Shown here: positions 57,876 through 64,000 of the stretch, piece after piece
Position numbering within the stretch: the stretch's first letter is position 1
Layout: each line of letters starts with the position of its first letter
Assembly: GCA_964016885.1 (NCBI GenBank)
Contig: OZ024740.1
Location: 353,214,001 to 353,278,000 of the forward strand
Reading direction: 5' to 3'
Source of the DNA: Eledone cirrhosa
Lineage: Eukaryota
DNA: 64,000 bases
Translations under genes and position numbers: made by a program
The notes under the pieces: generated by a model
Databases searched by the model: none
What the model saw: the letters and a program-made list of their open reading frames with translations, nothing else
Told to the model about the DNA's origin: nothing

Positions 57876-58862
57876 TCGAAATATAACAAAGGAACATAAC
57901 AGATAAAATCCATGGGGCTGAAAATCAAAGACAAGAGGACGACTAACCAACTAGCTGCTTTCACCTCAGTCAGTCACCCTCAAGTGTTGGCTACTCAGTC
58001 TACTAATGACCATCTGGTGAGGGGGCGAAGGCTTATAATGTACTACCACCTCTCCGTCAAAGAGAAAAAAAGAGAAGAAAGAAAGAAAGAAAGAAGAAAA
58101 GTCAGCGTTAGGGTCACACTACAGTCAGGCTAGAAATCGCCGCGAAAAATGTTTTTCCAAAGAACCTATATCTTAACAGAGGCATATATAGTAGGCGTCT
58201 GTATGGTATAATGTGTGAACAGAAAATTGGAACGTTAAACTTATGTTTAGAGTTATAGGATGAAATTTAAAATTAAAATTTAAAAAATAAAAAAATAAAA
58301 AGATTTAGTTAATGAATTTACAGAGAGAGTCTTATATGAAAATGTTTAAGTGTATTATAGGGAATCTCGATAAGTTATCAGAATGGGATATAGAGTAAAG
58401 ATTAAGCCTTCGTTTAGCAGTCAATAACACACGACGATCGTAGATCCCAGCCAGCACCTCCTAACCACGTGTCAGCCAGTTTCGAGTGGTATCGTCTAGC
58501 GAAAGAAATGGAAATTAATTTTTCCGAGTACTCTAGGAACGTAACTGTCCTATGCTTCGAGTGTGTTAGCGGGAAGTCCACCATCGTTGACAGGCCATCG
58601 TCTATACCAAACGAATACTATTAATTCACACAGGAGGGGTTTGTTTACGTGCCAGTAGAGGTAGGCATGATACAGCTAATAGTTATGATTAAGCCTAGAA
58701 TTTATAGGTATAATATGACGGTCAAAACAGGCGGCGCGGCGAGCCCCGGGGCGAAGCAAGCCCGCTCCGAGTAATTTCGTTTACCGAAAGAGGGGAAATT
58801 TATTTAAAATTTACTTGTCATATATATATATATGACAAGTAAATTTATATATATATATATAT

Positions 58863-59449
58863 ATAAGTTGAAATAAAATGAAAACGAAATTTCACTTCTC
58901 ACTCTTAGTACGGCACTTACTTAAATGTAAGTATGTGTGTATACGTACATACATATATGTATACAGACGTACAGTAGCATGCATATATATATATATATAT
59001 ATACACATATATACATACAGGTACACATACATATATGCACGTATCAGTTTAGCGGACGCTTATTATAACGCCGCTTTGTTCGTTTGTAAACAAACTGAAC
59101 AGCCTGAATTTTTTATGCCGTACGGTGTTAAGGCAACCACGTCACCTTTTTGTTCAACACTGACACAGGAACGATGTACTAGTTTCAAGCTTGTTAGCTA
59201 TCATCAGCACCGTATACCCATCTGCCAGATAGTTGAACATTCGAAAGTATATACTTTCCTTATGAAAATCAACGGCTGAGCAGCCTAATTTGCATATCGA
59301 GTGAGCTAAGTCGGTCAGGCATACCGAAAACGATAAGTTGAAATAAAATGAAAACGAAATTTCACTTCTCACTCTTAGTACGGCACTTACTTAAATGTAA
59401 GTATGTGTGTATACGTACATACATATATGTATACAGACGTACAGTAGCA

Positions 59450-59511
<62 letters not shown>

Positions 59512-60097
59512 TATACATACAGGTACACATACATATATGCACGTATCAGTTTAGCGGACGCTTATTATAACGCCGCTTTGTTCGTTTGTAAACAAACTGA
59601 ACAGCCTGAATTTTTTATATATATATATACGTATACATACTTATATATATATAAGTATGTATACGTACACACATATATGTATACAGACGTACAGTAGTAT
59701 GTATATATATATATACATACATGCACACATATATATATGTACGTATGGATTTACCGAACATTTATTATAATGCTCGGTGTGTTTGTAAACAAACATCCCG
59801 AATTAAGCCGTACAGTGTTTAGCAACCATCGTTGCCCTTTTGTTCAATACCGACAACGGAACGATGTACTAGTTTCAACTACTAGTTTCAACTACTAGTT
59901 TCAACCTTATTAGCTATAGTCAGCAAATCCATACGTCGGTAAATCCATACGTACATATATATGTGTGCATGTATGTATATATATATGCATACTACTGTAC
60001 GTCTGTATACATATTTGTATGTACGTATACATACTTATATTTAAGTAACAGCCGTACTAAGAGTGAGAAATGAAATTTCGTTTCATTTTTTCCGTTT
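58863..60097 (-). mobile_element. HHR-bearing 470-bp tandem units (family A) with an inverted end
   Basis: Direct repeat at 58863 and 59333. HHR at 59171-59213: ACGGTG-CTGATGA-TAGC(TAACAA)GCTT-GAAA-CTAG-TA-CATCGT. Confidence 0.78.
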
Positions 60098-60181
60098 ATA
60101 TATAAATATATATATATATATATATACATATATATATACATATATATATATATAAATATACATATATACATATATATATAT

Positions 60182-60278
<97 letters not shown>

Positions 60279-60280
<2 letters not shown>

Positions 60281-61198
60281 TTTAATACAATAACAGAGAA
60301 AGCTTTAAGCTAAACTCTGACTGGTAACCATCTCACTCAACAAACATTAGGGTATACGTTAGTATAATCCCAATTTTGTGTTTGGGGTGCTAACTATATG
60401 TATTTTGTGGAAAGCCAGTTGTATTATTTTATATGAGATATAATTAAAATTAAAATATATCTCTCTTTCCAAACAATTGTTTCATTATAAGTTTTCTACA
60501 AGTTGGGAGAATGTTTCCAGTTTATGTAGAAGCCTAACATATTTTTCTATAAGAATATATGTAGGTGGGCACTTATAAATCATCAGTGGATGCCCATTAA
60601 AACTTTGATATAAGAAAAAATTTCTTACCGCAGTTATTTTTCGTGTCCGCTAAATTGTCCCTTCACGCATCAAATGACCGCCAAATTTGAAATTCCAGCA
60701 GTCTTTAGACTGAGGAAATATCATAGCGTCACGAAGCGGAAAAGGGAGGCAATTGCGAGTCACAAGAAAAGTAAAATAATATACACGTGGGTTAATTAGT
60801 TTTTTCAAAAACATTATCAATCCTGCGTGTTAAGAACTCAATTAATTTTTTTTTAAATAAATGTATGCATGTATTAATTACACACGCATATAGATATTTT
60901 CTTAGGCTAAAAACAGAGAAGTGATACCTAGATAACAAACAATATCTCATAACAGTAATAAATACGGAAAGTTACGTTTAAAAGGTATCTGGAAATAAAA
61001 TTCTCTGACCAAATCAAGAGTAAAATATTTAATACAATAACAGAGAAAGCTTTAAGCTAAACTCTGACTGGTAACCATCTCACTCAACAAACATTATGGT
61101 ATATGTTAGTATAATCCCAATTTTGTGTTTGGGGTGCTAACTATATGTATTTTGTGGAAAGCCAGTTGTATTATTTTATATGAGATATAATTAAAATA
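60279..61198 (-). mobile_element. 747-bp unit with a ~170-bp terminal direct repeat and a branched HHR, between (TA)n tracts
   Basis: 60279-60450 is repeated at 61026-61197. HHR at 60468-60590. Confidence 0.72.
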
Positions 61199-61277
61199 TA
61201 TATATATATATATATATATATTTCGTTCCTGAATTTGTTTAGCAAGATTCTTTATCTGAAAACGTGTGTTGAAACCG

Positions 61278-61482
61278 ATATTGTTATACTTTGGGAGGCT
61301 CGTGTTGCCAATAAGAAACACACGCACCATTGCTTTCACTTCAATTTATTATAAATTTTATAAATATAAATTTTATAAATTTATATTTATAAAATTCATA
61401 ACATTTTTAATAAAATGAAGTCAAAGCATCTGGTGCGTGTGTTTCTTATTGGCAACATGACCCTCCCAAAGTATAACAATAT
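61278..61482. repeat. Fold-back hairpin abutting (TA)n
   Basis: ATATTGTTATACTTTGGGAGG... / ...CCTCCCAAAGTATAACAATAT. Confidence 0.85.
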
Positions 61483-61498
61483 ATATATACATATATAT

Positions 61499-61545
<47 letters not shown>

Positions 61546-61546
<1 letters not shown>

Positions 61547-63720
61547 CCTGGGTCATTTGAAGCTGGGTCTGGGATGCATGGTTAATTTCCCCAACCACCC
61601 TAAGCAGACTCTCAACTCCATAGTCTATAGCATCTCACAAAGGATCTCGAGGCTCTCCGCCAATGAGGATATCTTCAACCAAGCGGCAGATTACTACAAT
61701 AGGGCCTTGATAAGCGCTGGCTTTAACCGAGGAATTTCCTACATCCCTAACGCTAGCTCCAGAAACCACCCCCATCATAAGACGAACGTTATAGTAAGCC
61801 ATGCCTATAACCGATCACGCGGCGATTTCGTAGGAGTCGGATGTAGTAGTATAGATAATCGCACTAAGGAACACGGCCGCAACGTTAATTACACTGGCGA
61901 TAGTATAGGTAACTTACCACACAATAAAGATCACGACCCCGGTGACAGTGACCACTGTAGCCTACTCGAATTATTCCCCTACTATAAAATCAACAAAGGC
62001 GACGGCCTTCTACCAGCGCCTTCCAACCAACATCTTCCTGTACATAAACATAGAAGAAGGAAGAAGTGTGCACCCGAGCATAATGTGAAAAGGGGACGTA
62101 ACGGGATACAACGCATTAACATGCATAAGGACGGTTACCCTGATGGAACCACCCGTAGCAAACGTACAAGGACACGTAATCGCCACCGTAACGTCCTATG
62201 GTTCCATTCTCCCTACTCTCGGAGTTTGGCCTCTGACATACCCCGGATATTCTTCGAAGCCTTAGAGAAGAACTTCCCACCCAACCATAGGTATAAAAAA
62301 ATCTTTAATAGTAACAATATAAAACTATCCTTCTCTACTACTCCTAACCTAGCAGACATCATAGGAACAACTAAACACAGTAAGATCACCAAGACACAAC
62401 ACCTTAGTACAGACGCACCTACACCTGACAATAACTATATCGGCCTTAACGACTCCATAGCAGCATCCAATAGTGCTGGCAACAGCCTCCACAGACGCAA
62501 CCAGCATAGCCGCGACATGACAGGGGAATATGCAGGACATGACGTGCGGAATAATAATGGTACCACTCCGCGCACAGTGGGTTGTAATGGTGCTAACGCC
62601 AGGTGCGGGAGAGTAGGTAACAACGTAGATAGCAATAATGATAGCCTTACCGTGGGAATTAGAAGGGGCCGCGACCGAAATTGCAACTGCCGCGGCAAGG
62701 GACGCTGCCCCATTAGGGGATACTGCTTGACTGATAGGGTTATATATAGGTGCACTGTAACTAGCCACAATAGCGTTAAACATTATATAGGGGCTACCTC
62801 TGGCCCGTTCAAAATTAGATTTCGAACACATCTCCACTCTTTCAAAAATAAGAAATTAAAACACTCCACTTCGCTCGCGGACTACATCACATCATTAAAA
62901 AAAATAAACATCAGCTTCTCCACGCACTGGGATATTGTCGGCAGGGCTGCACCGTACAACTTCAAGAGGAAGTGCGATCTTTGCCTCATGGAGCTCTACC
63001 ACATCATAACGGCACCCACGAGCTCATCGACAGCAGAGCTGAAACGACGAAAAGCTGAACACATATCCTTCGTAAAAATATCCTTCTTCAGATGGGATAA
63101 GGATGAGGAGTGAAACCGTATACCGGGTCTCCCTGCAACAAGCTTTGACACCCCCGCGGGCAGGCGCTGCAAAAAATATCCGGAAACTAACCATGCATCC
63201 CAGACCCAGCTTCAAATGACCCAGGCGGGCAGGTGCAGAAACAAACGTTGCTTACCTGACCCTGTGCGTATCGACAATGGTAAGGCTGTAACCACATCTT
63301 GTAACGGATAAAAAATTTGTCCGGAAAAGACTGCCCTAACACCGGCCAGAGTTACCTCCCTTGACCTACTGCAAAATCAAAACACACTTTTTTGCGAAGA
63401 ATGAACTCTGACGTGAACTTACCTCCAAAAACACTTTCCGGGCCATGTAAGGAACACTTTTTAGTTAGTTATGCCCTTGAGAAGCCCATCCGGGCGAAAC
63501 GTACGTAGGTGCTGTTTTAAATAAACATGTATTAACGGTCTGTTCTCCTATTTCTTACTTTTCCACGTGCTTACGCTCTGCTAACTCTCTCGCCCACTAA
63601 ATATTAACACTTCTAATATCTAACACTGACGGCACTAGTATTGAGCACCTTCTGCATACGCTATTTGGTAAATAACTACATGTATCACCTATCCCTCCTT
63701 TTTTCTCTCTCTCGATACGT
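61546..63720 (+). mobile_element. 5'-truncated Penelope-like element, Naiad-type (RT thumb + GIY-YIG), with an inverted 5' segment
   Basis: NHPKQTLNSI..RISRLS..YNRALISAGF; RNVLWFHSPYS..NFPPNHRYKKIFNSNNIKLSFS; CNCRGKGRCPIRGYC..VIYRCTV..YIGAT..FKIRFRTH..CDLCLME. 61546-61584 is the reverse complement of 63188-63226. Confidence 0.88.
63473..63512 (+). ncRNA. Hammerhead variant with U3-A8 core in the PLE pLTR
   Basis: GCCC-TTGAGAA-GCCC(ATCC)GGGC-GAAA-CGTACG-TA-GGTGC, with palindromic stem III and a GUA site. Confidence 0.72.
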
Positions 63721-63723
63721 AAA

Positions 63724-63828
<105 letters not shown>

Positions 63829-64000
63829 CTGCAGGTAGCACATGGATAACATGTAATAAAATGAGTCCCTCATCAGTGATTTGCCGACGATCATAGATAT
63901 TTCATTGCATTAAAAATCATATACCTCACGTCGGTGCAATAATAACCAAAATAAGTTATTAGGACAATTGAAACGCGTAAAGCGAGTGAGACAGGAGAAC

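Overview
Gene-free, repeat-saturated animal genomic DNA. The tRNA-derived SINE family resembles those described from octopods, so a coleoid cephalopod is plausible, but this is an inference. No host exon is supportable, and most ORFs in the track are translations of (TA)n/(CA)n/(GA)n microsatellites. Real coding remnants are three Penelope-like retroelements (PLEs; RT thumb + GIY-YIG), a frameshifted Helitron Rep/Pif1, a second decayed Helitron Rep and several RTE LINE fragments. Non-coding repeats include many SINEs, hAT and Tc1/mariner MITEs, non-autonomous Helitrons and an LTR with a PBS. The main hidden signal is about 20 type I hammerhead-ribozyme (HHR) motifs from roughly a dozen unrelated sequence families. 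They sit in PLE pLTRs and in non-coding 420-750 bp tandem units (retrozyme-like), mostly embedded in (TA)n tracts and often folded back into long DNA hairpins. Several have unusual architectures: a branched stem II, a recurrent C-C mismatch, U3-A8 cores and a CAGUUGA core. A second oddity is a tandem array of LTR-end + PBS units behind the LTR. All folds were derived by eye and no activity has been tested.
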